47,676 nucleotides of DNA from an uncultured Alphaproteobacteria bacterium. Its GTDB lineage: Bacteria > Pseudomonadota > Alphaproteobacteria > JAJFIK01. The stretch's first letter is position 1, and the number at the start of each line of letters is the position of its first letter. The stretch is taken from assembly GCA_964449455.1 (NCBI GenBank), contig CAYUYV010000015.1:3344-51019 (forward strand), written 5' to 3'. Both the position numbers and the translations under genes were made by a program. Under the pieces are notes generated by a model. It did no database searches. It was not told the origin of the DNA and saw only the letters and a program-made list of their open reading frames with translations. Positions 17,185-26,550 of the stretch are shown piece by piece.

Positions 17185-18639
17185 ATGGCTCCCGTCCAGG
17201 ACACGGTCGATGAAGTCAAAAAGCTCGGCGAGCGCTACAAATATGGATTTACCACTGAGATCGATACGGAACGCGCGCCCAAAGGGCTGAACGCGGACGT
17301 CATCCGTTTCATCTCGGCCAAGAAGAACGAGCCGGAATGGCTTCTTGAATGGCGCATGAAGGCGTTTGAACGCTGGCAGTCTATGGCGGAACCGAACTGG
17401 GCCAAGCTCGGCTATCCGCCGATCGACTATCAGGACGCCTATTACTATTCCGCGCCGAAGGCGAAGACCGACGGGCCCAAAAGCCTTGACGAAGTGGACC
17501 CGGAACTGTTGCGCACCTATGAGAAGCTGGGTATTCCGCTGGCTGAGCAGGAGCGCCTCGCTGGTGTGGCTGTGGATGCCGTCTTCGACAGCGTGTCCGT
17601 GGCCACGACCTTCAAGGCAAAGCTCGCTGAGGCTGGCGTGATCTTCTGTTCCATTTCAGAGGCGGTGCAGACCCATCCGGAGTTGGTGCGCAAATATCTC
17701 GGCTCGGTCGTGCCTATCACGGACAATTACTTCGCCACCCTCAACAGTGCCGTCTTCACCGACGGGTCTTTCGTCTATATTCCGCCGGGCGTGCGCTGTC
17801 CCATGGAACTGTCCACCTATTTCCGGATCAATGATGCGGAAACGGGACAGTTCGAGCGCACCCTGATCATTGCCGACAAGGGCTCTTATGTGAGCTATCT
17901 TGAAGGGTGCACGGCGCCCATGCGCGATGAGAACCAGCTCCACGCAGCCGTGGTCGAACTTGTGACCTTGGATGACGCGGAAATCAAATACTCCACGGTC
18001 CAGAACTGGTATCCGGGCGACGAGGACGGCAAGGGCGGCATCTATAATTTCGTGACCAAGCGGGGCGCCTGCCGCGGCCATAACTCGAAAATCTCCTGGA
18101 CCCAGGTCGAGACGGGGTCCGCGATCACCTGGAAATATCCAAGCTGCGTGCTCCAGGGCGATAATTCGGTGGGCGAGTTCTATTCCATCGCCATCACCAA
18201 CAATATGCAGCAGGCGGATACGGGCACCAAGATGATCCATCTGGGCCGGAACACCCGCTCCCGGATCATCTCCAAGGGGATTTCCGCAGGCCGGGCCCAG
18301 AACACCTATCGCGGATTGGTCAGTGTCCATCCCAAGGCCTCGAATGCGCGGAACTTCACCCAGTGTGACTCGCTGCTGATCGGTGACCGCTGCGGCGCGC
18401 ATACCGTGCCTTATATCGAAAGCCGCAATCCGGGTGCCCAGATCGAGCACGAGGCCACGACCTCGAAGATCAGCGATGACCAGCTTTTCTATTGCCTTCA
18501 ACGGGGCATTGGTGAGGAAGAGGCGCTGGCGCTCATCGTCAATGGTTTTGCGCGGGAAGTGCTCCAGCAGCTCCCGATGGAATTCGCCGTCGAGGCCCAA
18601 AAGCTCGTCGGCATCTCGCTTGAAGGCAGCGTGGGCTGA
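17185..18639 (+). CDS. sufB: Fe-S cluster assembly scaffold SufB
   Basis: 484 aa with strongly recognisable SufB sequence (YKYGF, ...TVQNWYPGD...[11 protein letters not shown]...). AAGGAGGA SD upstream of ATG 17185. Confidence 0.95.
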   Translation: MAPVQDTVDEVKKLGERYKYGFTTEIDTERAPKGLNADVIRFISAKKNEPEWLLEWRMKAFERWQSMAEPNWAKLGYPPIDYQDAYYYSAPKAKTDGPKSLDEVDPELLRTYEKLGIPLAEQERLAGVAVDAVFDSVSVATTFKAKLAEAGVIFCSISEAVQTHPELVRKYLGSVVPITDNYFATLNSAVFTDGSFVYIPPGVRCPMELSTYFRINDAETGQFERTLIIADKGSYVSYLEGCTAPMRDENQLHAAVVELVTLDDAEIKYSTVQNWYPGDEDGKGGIYNFVTKRGACRGHNSKISWTQVETGSAITWKYPSCVLQGDNSVGEFYSIAITNNMQQADTGTKMIHLGRNTRSRIISKGISAGRAQNTYRGLVSVHPKASNARNFTQCDSLLIGDRCGAHTVPYIESRNPGAQIEHEATTSKISDDQLFYCLQRGIGEEEALALIVNGFAREVLQQLPMEFAVEAQKLVGISLEGSVG

Positions 18640-18705
18640 CGCCTCATTGGCTGGCCTCTGGCCATTGCTCCGCTCAAGGACAGTTCTAAGGAAAGTGATC
18701 CGGTT

Positions 18706-19455
18706 ATGCTCGAAATTCGTGACCTTCATGCCTCCGTGGAAGACAAGGAAATTCTGCGCGGGGTGAACCTGACGATCGGGGACGGCGAAATCCACGCCAT
18801 CATGGGCCCCAACGGGTCGGGCAAAAGCACCTTGTCCTATGTCCTTGCCGGCCGCGACGGGTATGAGATCACGAAGGGCACGGTGACCTATAAGGGCCAG
18901 GACCTGTTTGAGATGGAGCCGGATGAACGGGCTGCGGCAGGCGTGTTTCTCGCCTTCCAATATCCGCTGGAGATTCCGGGTGTTGCGACCATGACCTTCC
19001 TGCGCACGGCCCTCAACGCCCAGCGCAAGTCCCGGGGTGAGGACGAACTCTCTGCCGTGGATTTCCTCAAGCTCGCTCGGGAAAAGGCGAAAAGCCTGAA
19101 AATCGATGATGCGATGCTGAAGCGGCCCCTTAATGTGGGCTTTTCCGGCGGCGAAAAGAAGCGCAACGAAATTCTTCAGATGGCCCTCCTGGAGCCGTCC
19201 TTCGCCATTCTGGACGAGACGGATTCCGGCCTCGACATTGATGCGCTCAAGCTCGTCTCCGAAGGCGTGAACAGCCTGCGCAGCCCCTCGCGTTCCATGC
19301 TGATCATCACCCATTATCAGCGGCTGCTCACCTATATCGTTCCCGATCACGTGCATGTCCTGGCAAATGGCCGGATCGTGCGCTCCGGCGGCAAGGAATT
19401 GGCCGAGGAACTGGAGACGGTCGGTTACGAGAACCTCATCGCCAGCGCGGCGTAA
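18706..19455 (+). CDS. sufC: Fe-S cluster assembly ATPase SufC
   Basis: MLEIRDLH..., Walker A GPNGSGKST, FSGGEKKRNEI and ILDETDSGLD. Confidence 0.95.
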   Translation: MLEIRDLHASVEDKEILRGVNLTIGDGEIHAIMGPNGSGKSTLSYVLAGRDGYEITKGTVTYKGQDLFEMEPDERAAAGVFLAFQYPLEIPGVATMTFLRTALNAQRKSRGEDELSAVDFLKLAREKAKSLKIDDAMLKRPLNVGFSGGEKKRNEILQMALLEPSFAILDETDSGLDIDALKLVSEGVNSLRSPSRSMLIITHYQRLLTYIVPDHVHVLANGRIVRSGGKELAEELETVGYENLIASAA

Positions 19456-19500
19456 GGCCCTCGCCAGCCCAGTCGTCCCTATAAGGATCAGGAGCGCGCC

Positions 19501-20898
19501 ATGTCGCTGCCCGTTACGCTCGGCCCCGTCGAGACCCGTTTCATCGCGGATTATGATGCCGCCAAGCACAGCCTTCCCGGCGCGTCTCTCCCCTGGCTTG
19601 TCGAGCTTCGGGAAAAGGGCATCTCCGCCCTGAAGTCCCGGGGCCTGCCCCATCGGCGGGTCGAGGAGTGGAAATACACGGATCTCAAAGCCAAGCTGCC
19701 GGACGCACTGTCGGCTGGCACCGCGCCCTCCGATTGGACGGGCGCCTCATGCGCGAGTGAAGATCCGTTTGCTGATTTCGATGCCATTCGCCTCGTCTTC
19801 GTGGACGGATCGTTCCACCCCGAAGCATCCCATCTGGGCGATTTGCCGGCAGGCGTGACCGTGCTCCCCTTGGCCCAGGCCATGGGTGACGCGCTGCCTT
19901 GGCTCGAGGGGCCCCTTGGCGGCGTGGTCGGACCGGCCCAGCACGCGGTGCATGGTCTCAATCTGGCCCTGGCGCGCGATGGTGCCGCCGTGCAGATCGC
20001 GGACGGGATTGTCCTTGAGCGGCCTATCCACCTTGTTTTCATCGCCTCCGATAAGGCTGTCGGCACGGCCTGCCATCTGCGCAATCTCGTGGTCCTTGAA
20101 AAGGGTGCCAAGGCGCGGATCCTCGAAAGCCATCTGGGCGCGCAGACTGGATCCCGTCTGACGACGGAAGGCACGGATATTCGCGTCGGCGAAGGGGCTG
20201 AGCTTCTCCATGTGAAAGTGCAGGCGGACCAGGGGGAAGGCGTGCATGTGGGCGGCACCTTTGTCGCCGTCGAAACCAGCGCTCGTTATGAAGGCTTCGC
20301 CGTGACCACGGGCGGCGTGGTGACCCGAAACGAAGCTCATATCCGTTTCGATGGGCCCCATGCTTTTGCCCGCGCTTCCGGCGCCTCCCTGCTTGTCGAT
20401 CGTCAGCACTGTGACAACACTACGGTTATCGATCACGCTTTGCCCGATTGCGAAAGCCACGAGACCTTCAAGAATGTTCTCGCAGACCGGGCCCGCGGCG
20501 TGTTCCAGGGCAAGATCATCGTGCGCCAGGACGCGCAGCGGACCGATGGCTATCAGCTCAGCCAGGCCTTGCTCTTGAATGAAGGTGCCGAGGCCGACAC
20601 CAAGCCCGAGCTTGAAATTTTCGCCGACGACGTCAAATGCAGCCATGGAGCCACCGTTGGTGAGCTCGATGCGGAGTCGATCTTCTATTTGCGCGCCCGG
20701 GGCATTCCGGAGGCCGAAGCCAAGGCCCTGCTCATTCGCGCCTTTGTTGGCGAGGTCCTGGAGGAAATCCCCGATGAGGCCGTGCGGGACGCTCTCGGCG
20801 CCCATGTGGATCGCTGGCTGGTGACCAATAGAGCCGCTGTCGAAGGGGCCCGCACCGGTTTGTTCGAGGACGGACTGGGAGAAACCAATGCAGCCTGA
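19501..20898 (+). CDS. sufD: Fe-S cluster assembly protein SufD
   Basis: Position after sufC. C-terminal SufB/D-fold motifs (PELEIFADDVKCSHGATVGELD...FYLRARGI). Confidence 0.9.
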   Translation: MSLPVTLGPVETRFIADYDAAKHSLPGASLPWLVELREKGISALKSRGLPHRRVEEWKYTDLKAKLPDALSAGTAPSDWTGASCASEDPFADFDAIRLVFVDGSFHPEASHLGDLPAGVTVLPLAQAMGDALPWLEGPLGGVVGPAQHAVHGLNLALARDGAAVQIADGIVLERPIHLVFIASDKAVGTACHLRNLVVLEKGAKARILESHLGAQTGSRLTTEGTDIRVGEGAELLHVKVQADQGEGVHVGGTFVAVETSARYEGFAVTTGGVVTRNEAHIRFDGPHAFARASGASLLVDRQHCDNTTVIDHALPDCESHETFKNVLADRARGVFQGKIIVRQDAQRTDGYQLSQALLLNEGAEADTKPELEIFADDVKCSHGATVGELDAESIFYLRARGIPEAEAKALLIRAFVGEVLEEIPDEAVRDALGAHVDRWLVTNRAAVEGARTGLFEDGLGETNAA

Positions 20899-22144
20899 AG
20901 CCAAGGCGGATCCCATCATGAACACACCTTATGATGTGGAAAAGGTGCGTGCGGAGTTTCCGATCCTCAGCCGCACGGTCCACGACAAGCCGCTTGTCTA
21001 TCTAGACAATGCCGCCTCGGCCCAAAAGCCCCAGGTCGTGATCGACGCCATGCGCCGGTCGGTGGAGGAGGAGTATTCTAACGTCCATCGCGGGCTCCAT
21101 TTCCTCAGCAATGTGGCGACGGAACGCTATGAGGCGGCACGCGGTGCGGTGGCCCGGTTCCTCAATGCGGCTGATGATCGGGAGATCATCTTTACTCTGA
21201 ACGCGACCGATGCCATCAATCTGGTGGCTTCAAGCTATGGTCATGACCATATCGGCGAGGGGGATGAAATCATCCTCTCCCAGATGGAGCACCATTCCAA
21301 TATTGTGCCCTGGCATTTCTTCCGGGAACGGCACGGTGCGATCATCAAATGGGCGCCGGTTGATGAGGATGGCGGCTTTCAGTTTGACGAGTTCGTGAAG
21401 CTGATCACTCCGCGGACGAAGATGATCGCCCTCACGCATATGTCCAATGTTTTGGGGACGGTGGTTCCCATTGCCGAAGTGGTCAAGGTGGCCCACGAGC
21501 ATGGCATTCCGGTGCTTGTGGATGGCAGCCAGGGCGCCGTGCATCTGACTGTCGATGTTCAGGCTTTGGGCTGCGACTTCTATGTCTGCACGGGGCACAA
21601 GCTTTACGGACCGTCGGGCCTTGGTGTGCTCTATGGTAAAATGGATCGTCTTGCGGCCATGCGGCCCTATCGCGGCGGTGGCGAGATGATCCGTGAGGTG
21701 CATTTTGACGGCGTGACCTATGGCGAACCGCCGACCAAATTCGAGGCCGGCACGCCCCAGATCACCGAAGCCGCCGCGCTGCACGCCGCCTTGGACTATA
21801 TGACGGATCTGGGCCGGGACGCGATTGCCGCCCATGAACACGCTCTGATGGTCTATGCCATGGAGCAGCTTGAAGCCATGAAGGGTGTGCGCCTCTTGGG
21901 CCGCCAGCCCGACAAGGGCTCGATTTGCACCTTCGTGGTCGAAGGCGCCCATGCCCATGACATCAGCACCATTATCGACCGGTCCGGCGTAGCCGTGCGC
22001 GCTGGCCACCACTGCTGTCAGCCCCTAATGGAGCGCTATGGGGTGAACGCCTCCGTGCGCGCTTCCTTTGGGCTGTACAACACCCATGACGAGGTGGACG
22101 CCTTTATCAAGGCTTTGGAAAAGGCGAAGGATATGTTGTCGTAA
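20888..22144 (+). CDS. sufS: Cysteine desulfurase SufS (group II)
   Basis: FPIL...VYLDNAASAQKP, TGHKLYGPSGLG PLP-Lys and RAGHHCCQP catalytic Cys. GGGAGA SD. Overlaps the sufD end by 11 nt. Confidence 0.9.
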   Translation: MQPEAKADPIMNTPYDVEKVRAEFPILSRTVHDKPLVYLDNAASAQKPQVVIDAMRRSVEEEYSNVHRGLHFLSNVATERYEAARGAVARFLNAADDREIIFTLNATDAINLVASSYGHDHIGEGDEIILSQMEHHSNIVPWHFFRERHGAIIKWAPVDEDGGFQFDEFVKLITPRTKMIALTHMSNVLGTVVPIAEVVKVAHEHGIPVLVDGSQGAVHLTVDVQALGCDFYVCTGHKLYGPSGLGVLYGKMDRLAAMRPYRGGGEMIREVHFDGVTYGEPPTKFEAGTPQITEAAALHAALDYMTDLGRDAIAAHEHALMVYAMEQLEAMKGVRLLGRQPDKGSICTFVVEGAHAHDISTIIDRSGVAVRAGHHCCQPLMERYGVNASVRASFGLYNTHDEVDAFIKALEKAKDMLS

Positions 22145-22170
22145 AGGCATGGCTTGAGGAGCGGACTGCC

Positions 22171-22497
22171 ATGGCGCTTGCACAGGAAACGCTGGACCAG
22201 TTGACCGTCCAGCTCATCGATCAATTGAAGACCGTCTACGATCCGGAAATCCCGGTCGACATTTACGAATTGGGTCTCATCTATAAAATCGATGTGTCCG
22301 ATGATATGGACATTGAGATCGACATGACCCTCACCGCGCCGGGCTGCCCCGTGGCCGGCGAGATGCCGGGCTGGGTTCAGGAGGCGGTCGAACAGGTCGA
22401 CGGAGTGAAGAAGGTGAAGATCAATCTGACCTTCGATCCGCCCTGGGACCCGTCGCGCATGTCGGAAGAGGCGCGGCTCGCCCTCAATATGTTTTGA
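22171..22497 (+). CDS. sufT: SUF system DUF59 protein (SufT-like)
   Basis: 108 aa. VYDPEIPVDIYELGLIY...TLTAPGCP DUF59 signature. Confidence 0.8.
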   Translation: MALAQETLDQLTVQLIDQLKTVYDPEIPVDIYELGLIYKIDVSDDMDIEIDMTLTAPGCPVAGEMPGWVQEAVEQVDGVKKVKINLTFDPPWDPSRMSEEARLALNMF

Positions 22498-22560
22498 CGC
22501 TGCGATCGGTCGTAAAGCCCCCTTTGGCATTGCGGGCCGTGCCGCGAAGGAAAGACACCC

Positions 22561-22968
22561 ATGAGCGCTGAAAAACCCCGCCGCCCCCGGCCTCAGGCCC
22601 TCACCGTCACCGAAGCGGCTGCCGCGCGGATCAGGGACATTATCGCCGGGTCCGACCAGGACATTCTGGGCCTGAAGATCGGCCTCAAGAATGCCGGCTG
22701 TGCGGGCATGTCCTATACCCTCGATTATGTGACCGAGCGAGCGCCCCTCGATGAGGTCGTGGAGGACAAGGGCGTCACGGTCTTCATCGACTCCAAAGCC
22801 GTGCTGTTCTTGATTGGGACGGTTATGGATTATCGGGTCGACAAGCTCTCCGCCCAATTCGTGTTCGAAAATCCAAACCAGGTGGATGCGTGCGGCTGCG
22901 GCGAAAGCGTGAATCTGCGCCCGGCGGATCTGGTTCCCGAGACGGCGTCCGAGCCTGCAGGCGCCTGA
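22561..22968 (+). CDS. sufA: A-type Fe-S cluster carrier (SufA/IscA/ErpA family)
   Basis: GCAGMSY...C-G-C-GES C-terminal Cys motif. Last canonical gene of the suf operon. Confidence 0.85.
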   Translation: MSAEKPRRPRPQALTVTEAAAARIRDIIAGSDQDILGLKIGLKNAGCAGMSYTLDYVTERAPLDEVVEDKGVTVFIDSKAVLFLIGTVMDYRVDKLSAQFVFENPNQVDACGCGESVNLRPADLVPETASEPAGA

Positions 22969-23636
22969 TGACGCCCTTGTTCGACCGCCTGAAGAATGCT
23001 GCCGCCGAAGAGTGGCAGGCATACACCCATCATGACTTTGTCGCGGGCCTCGGGGACGGCTCCCTGCCGGAAGCATCCTTCCGGCATTATCTGACCCAGG
23101 ACTATCTGTTCCTCATCCATTTCGCGCGCGCTTATGGTCTTGCCGTGTTTAAAGCGGACCGGCTTGAGGATATGCGCAGTGCGGCGGGCTCCCTCTCGGC
23201 AATCCTAGATGTGGAGATGAACCTCCATGTTCGCTTGTGCGAGGGCTGGGGCCTCAGCCTCGCAGATATGGAGGCGACCCCTGAAGCGGCCGCGACCATG
23301 GCCTATACCCGCTTCGTTCTGGAGCGCGGCCTCGCGGGCGACCTCTTGGATCTCGTGGTGGCGCTTTGCCCATGCGTCGTTGGATATGGGGAGATCGGCC
23401 GCAGACTGGCCGCTGATCCGTCTACAAAGCAGGAGGGCAATCCCTATTGGCCCTGGATCGAGGAATATTCCTGTCAAGCCTATGAAGAAGTGTCGGCCAA
23501 GGCGCGCGCCCAGCTTGACCGGCTGGCCGCGGAACGTTTGACCGAGGCCCGTTTCCCGGCCCTTACACGGACCTTTGCCCAGGCCACCCGGCTCGAAGCC
23601 GGCTTCTGGCAAATGGGCCTTGATCTCGCATCCTGA
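22968..23636 (+). CDS. tenA: TenA family protein (thiaminase II / aminopyrimidine aminohydrolase-like)
   Basis: HHDFV..L..G.L....F..YL.QDYLFL motif and ALCPCVVGYGEIG with the TenA_C-type active-site Cys. The ATG overlaps the sufA TGA (TGATG). Confidence 0.8.
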   Translation: MTPLFDRLKNAAAEEWQAYTHHDFVAGLGDGSLPEASFRHYLTQDYLFLIHFARAYGLAVFKADRLEDMRSAAGSLSAILDVEMNLHVRLCEGWGLSLADMEATPEAAATMAYTRFVLERGLAGDLLDLVVALCPCVVGYGEIGRRLAADPSTKQEGNPYWPWIEEYSCQAYEEVSAKARAQLDRLAAERLTEARFPALTRTFAQATRLEAGFWQMGLDLAS

Positions 23637-23650
23637 CCGGAGATCCGCCC

Positions 23651-24025
23651 GTGGCCGTCAGTCCTGAATATAAGGCCTTCGTTCAGGAGATCTTCGAACC
23701 CTTCGGGCCCGTGCGCATCCGGGCCATGTTCGGCGGCGCTGGTGTCTATGCGGATCTTGCCGACGGCCCTGTGATGTTCGCGCTTATTGCGTTCGAAACG
23801 CTTTACTTCAAGGTTGATGATGGCAACCGGCCAGCCTTTGAAGAGGCTGGCATGGAGCCCTTCACATATGAGGCCAAGGACGGCAAGGCCATGACCATGT
23901 CCTATTATCGCTGTCCGGATGATCTGCTTGAGGATCCCCAGGCCCTCAAAGGGTGGGCCATGGAGGCCCTCGACGCCGCCCTGCGGTCCGGCACACGCAA
24001 GAAGAAAACGAAGAAAAAAGTGTGA
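23651..24025 (+). CDS. TfoX N-terminal domain protein
   Basis: 124 aa. ...RAMFGGAGVYADL...FALIAFETLYFKVDD... is typical of TfoX_N. Lys-rich tail. GTG start. Confidence 0.75.
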   Translation: MAVSPEYKAFVQEIFEPFGPVRIRAMFGGAGVYADLADGPVMFALIAFETLYFKVDDGNRPAFEEAGMEPFTYEAKDGKAMTMSYYRCPDDLLEDPQALKGWAMEALDAALRSGTRKKKTKKKV

Positions 24026-24036
24026 ACCGGCCGAGC

Positions 24037-26349
24037 TTAGGCAACCTTGACCGGTCTGTGGGTGCGGATCATCCGCGCCAGGGAAACCGGATCGAGCGGC
24101 CTTGAAAAGGCGTAGCCTTGCAAGGCATCGCAACCAAGATCCGACAGGATCGCGGCATGGTCCATGGTCTCGACACCTTCTGCCAGCACACTGATTTTCA
24201 AGGCATGGCCAATGGTGATGATGGATTTCACGATCTGGCATTGATCCGGATCGGAGACGATTGGGGCAACAAGAGTCCGATCGATCTTGATCTGTTTCGG
24301 GCGAACACGCATCACACTGGTGATTGAGGCATGGCCAGTCCCGAAATCATCGATCTCGATGCCAAACCCCCGCCGCTTCATTTCATCTATATTGGCTGCC
24401 GTCGTCGGATCAATCCGGTCCAGGAACACCGTTTCGAGAAGTTCGAAGGTGATTGCATAGGCGTGCGCATTCAGCGCCGGCAGTCGGCACAGCAGATCAG
24501 GGTCACTGAGGCGGCGCGCCGACACATTCAGTGACACCTTCGGAATGATCAGACCCTGATCGACGAGGTGATCCAGGTCCTTAAGAGCGCGTTGCAGAAT
24601 GCCGTCATCAATTTCAGCCGTCAGCCCAAGATCATCCGCGACATCCAGGAACGCGGCCGGAGCGAGAACACCGCGGGTGGGATGGCGCCATCGCGCCAGG
24701 GCCTCGATTCCGATGAGTTCATGGGTGCCCGCGGCGAATTGGGGTTCGTAGACGGTGAAAAACTCACCCTTGCGCAATGCAGCTGCGAGATCCCCGGCAA
24801 TCTGTTGTTTGCCCTCCACCTCCGCGCGGAGGGTCGCGTCAAACGTCACGCAGCGGCTGCCTGATTCCTTGGCTTTGTAGAGTGCAAGGTCAGACCTTTG
24901 CAGAAGTTCATGGGGCGGACGGATCTCTAGCGCAGTTGTCGCGAGGCCGACACTGGCCCCGATCCGGCATTCCTTACCCTCATACTGCATGGGCGCTTTG
25001 AACGCTTCGATGAGCCGAACCAGCCGTTTACACAGTGCCGTCTCGTCTTGCATGTTCTCGAATACGATGACGAACTCGTCTCCCCCGATCCGTGCGGCAA
25101 ATTCCTCCACCTCAACAAAGTCTTTGAGGATGCCGGCGCAGCGCATAAGGACCTGGTCTCCCGCATCATGACCGAGCGTGTCATTGATCTCCTTGAACCG
25201 GTCAAGGTCAAGATGCGCAATCGCCAGGGTAAAAGGGGTAGGCTGACGACTATAGGACTCAAGCATGGTCGTCAGAAAGCGTCTGTTTGGGAGGCCCGTT
25301 AGGGCGTCATGTGTTGCTTCGTAGTGAACTGCCTTGCGAGCGGCTTCCGTTGCCAATCGGGCTGTCACGAGGGCCGTGACGTCGCTGTTTGTCCCCACCA
25401 TGCGTATCGGATTGCCTGCCGCGTCGCGCACGGCTTTGCCGCGCGAGCGCCACCAGCACCAATGACCGTGGGAATGGCGAATACGATAGGTCTCATCATA
25501 GTCCGCATTTTCGTCAAAATGGCGGTGAAGAGCCTCTTTGACACGGATACAGTCATCCGGATCGACCCGTTCTTCCCACCACTTCAAGAATTCCGCGTTG
25601 GTATTGGCATCCTCACCCAAAAGGACGAAATTCTGTCCTGAATAAAAGACCCGGTCCGTTGCCAGATCCCAGTCCCAGATTCCGTCCGATGACGCATTTA
25701 CCGCGCGGTCATAGCGATCTTCACTGAGGTTAAGTGCTTTTTTCGTTTCTTCCAGAATGCGATAGCTGCGACCGATGCCGCTGGCCAGGAACATCCCGAT
25801 CAGGGCAATCCCAACGCTTTTGGCCAGCAGCAGGATCATGACCGTGGTCACGACAAGATTGACGCTTCTGTCCACCAGAGGTTCGAAGGCAACGGATTTT
25901 TCCAAAAAGGCATCGGTCGCTGTTCTAAGACCGTTGCGAAGCTGATTTTCACTGAGAGCCCCTATCTCATATTGATCCAGCAGGGCAATCGTGTCATCGA
26001 CAAGAGTAATATCTTCTTTGCAAAGAATTAAAGCCTCACCGGTCCCGGCGAGTTGCATCGCCAAGGCCTCAATCGGCCCAATGATGTTGAGACAAACCTC
26101 GGGCTGGGCGCGGATGTTCAAGAGCGTTTCGCGCAATGCACCCATCGGAATGAGTGCACCATCTTCCAGATTCTCAATTCTCGTGCCCAATTCATGGGCA
26201 TATTGCACATGGTAAAAATTATGTTTGTGAAGTCTCGCGCCGTTCACGACTTGGTGGAAGCCGAAGATTGCGGCGATTCCGGACAAAATGAACAGACCAT
26301 TAATCCACGTGAGTCGTGACTTCACTCGCTCTTGTGGGATGGGCTGCAT
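24037..26349 (-). CDS. Membrane sensor PAS-GGDEF-EAL protein (c-di-GMP cyclase/phosphodiesterase)
   Basis: Two TM helices bracket a helical periplasmic domain of about 160 aa, followed by PAS. GGDEF is intact (RIGGDEF). EAL motifs are intact (EALARW, DDFGTG, KIDRTLV, EGVET, QGYAF). The start is uncertain: ATG 26349 is used here, while the ORF extends to 26487. Confidence 0.85.
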   Translation of the reverse strand: MQPIPQERVKSRLTWINGLFILSGIAAIFGFHQVVNGARLHKHNFYHVQYAHELGTRIENLEDGALIPMGALRETLLNIRAQPEVCLNIIGPIEALAMQLAGTGEALILCKEDITLVDDTIALLDQYEIGALSENQLRNGLRTATDAFLEKSVAFEPLVDRSVNLVVTTVMILLLAKSVGIALIGMFLASGIGRSYRILEETKKALNLSEDRYDRAVNASSDGIWDWDLATDRVFYSGQNFVLLGEDANTNAEFLKWWEERVDPDDCIRVKEALHRHFDENADYDETYRIRHSHGHWCWWRSRGKAVRDAAGNPIRMVGTNSDVTALVTARLATEAARKAVHYEATHDALTGLPNRRFLTTMLESYSRQPTPFTLAIAHLDLDRFKEINDTLGHDAGDQVLMRCAGILKDFVEVEEFAARIGGDEFVIVFENMQDETALCKRLVRLIEAFKAPMQYEGKECRIGASVGLATTALEIRPPHELLQRSDLALYKAKESGSRCVTFDATLRAEVEGKQQIAGDLAAALRKGEFFTVYEPQFAAGTHELIGIEALARWRHPTRGVLAPAAFLDVADDLGLTAEIDDGILQRALKDLDHLVDQGLIIPKVSLNVSARRLSDPDLLCRLPALNAHAYAITFELLETVFLDRIDPTTAANIDEMKRRGFGIEIDDFGTGHASITSVMRVRPKQIKIDRTLVAPIVSDPDQCQIVKSIITIGHALKISVLAEGVETMDHAAILSDLGCDALQGYAFSRPLDPVSLARMIRTHRPVKVA

Positions 26350-26511
26350 CGGTTGTTGGTCCAGCTCGGGGTGTAAATCCGCGTTGAAGGCCACAACAAT
26401 AACGAGTCGGCCATAATGATTGGTTGCCTCAAGCGCGCGGTGTTGCCGCACCTGCCGAGAGGCAAAGCTTGAAGCGTGAGCGCCCATACGTTTTGCGAAG
26501 GCGGAAGATGG

Positions 26512-26538
26512 GCACGGATCTGGACCGAAGATCCGTGC
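26512..26538 (-). terminator. Perfect 9-bp stem hairpin downstream of the TIGR03084-like gene
   Basis: GCACGGATC (26512-26520), a 9-nt loop, then GATCCGTGC (26530-26538), 13 bp after the stop at 26551. The U-tract is weak. Confidence 0.4.
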
Positions 26539-26550
26539 GTCTTGCTTCCT

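Noticed and set aside
17656-19653. 665-aa ORF on the minus strand opposite sufB/sufC
   Set aside because: It is exactly antisense to genes with unmistakable SufB/SufC sequence. The composition is Arg/Gly/Ala-rich and low-complexity, typical of stop-poor antisense frames in high-GC DNA. No recognisable motifs.
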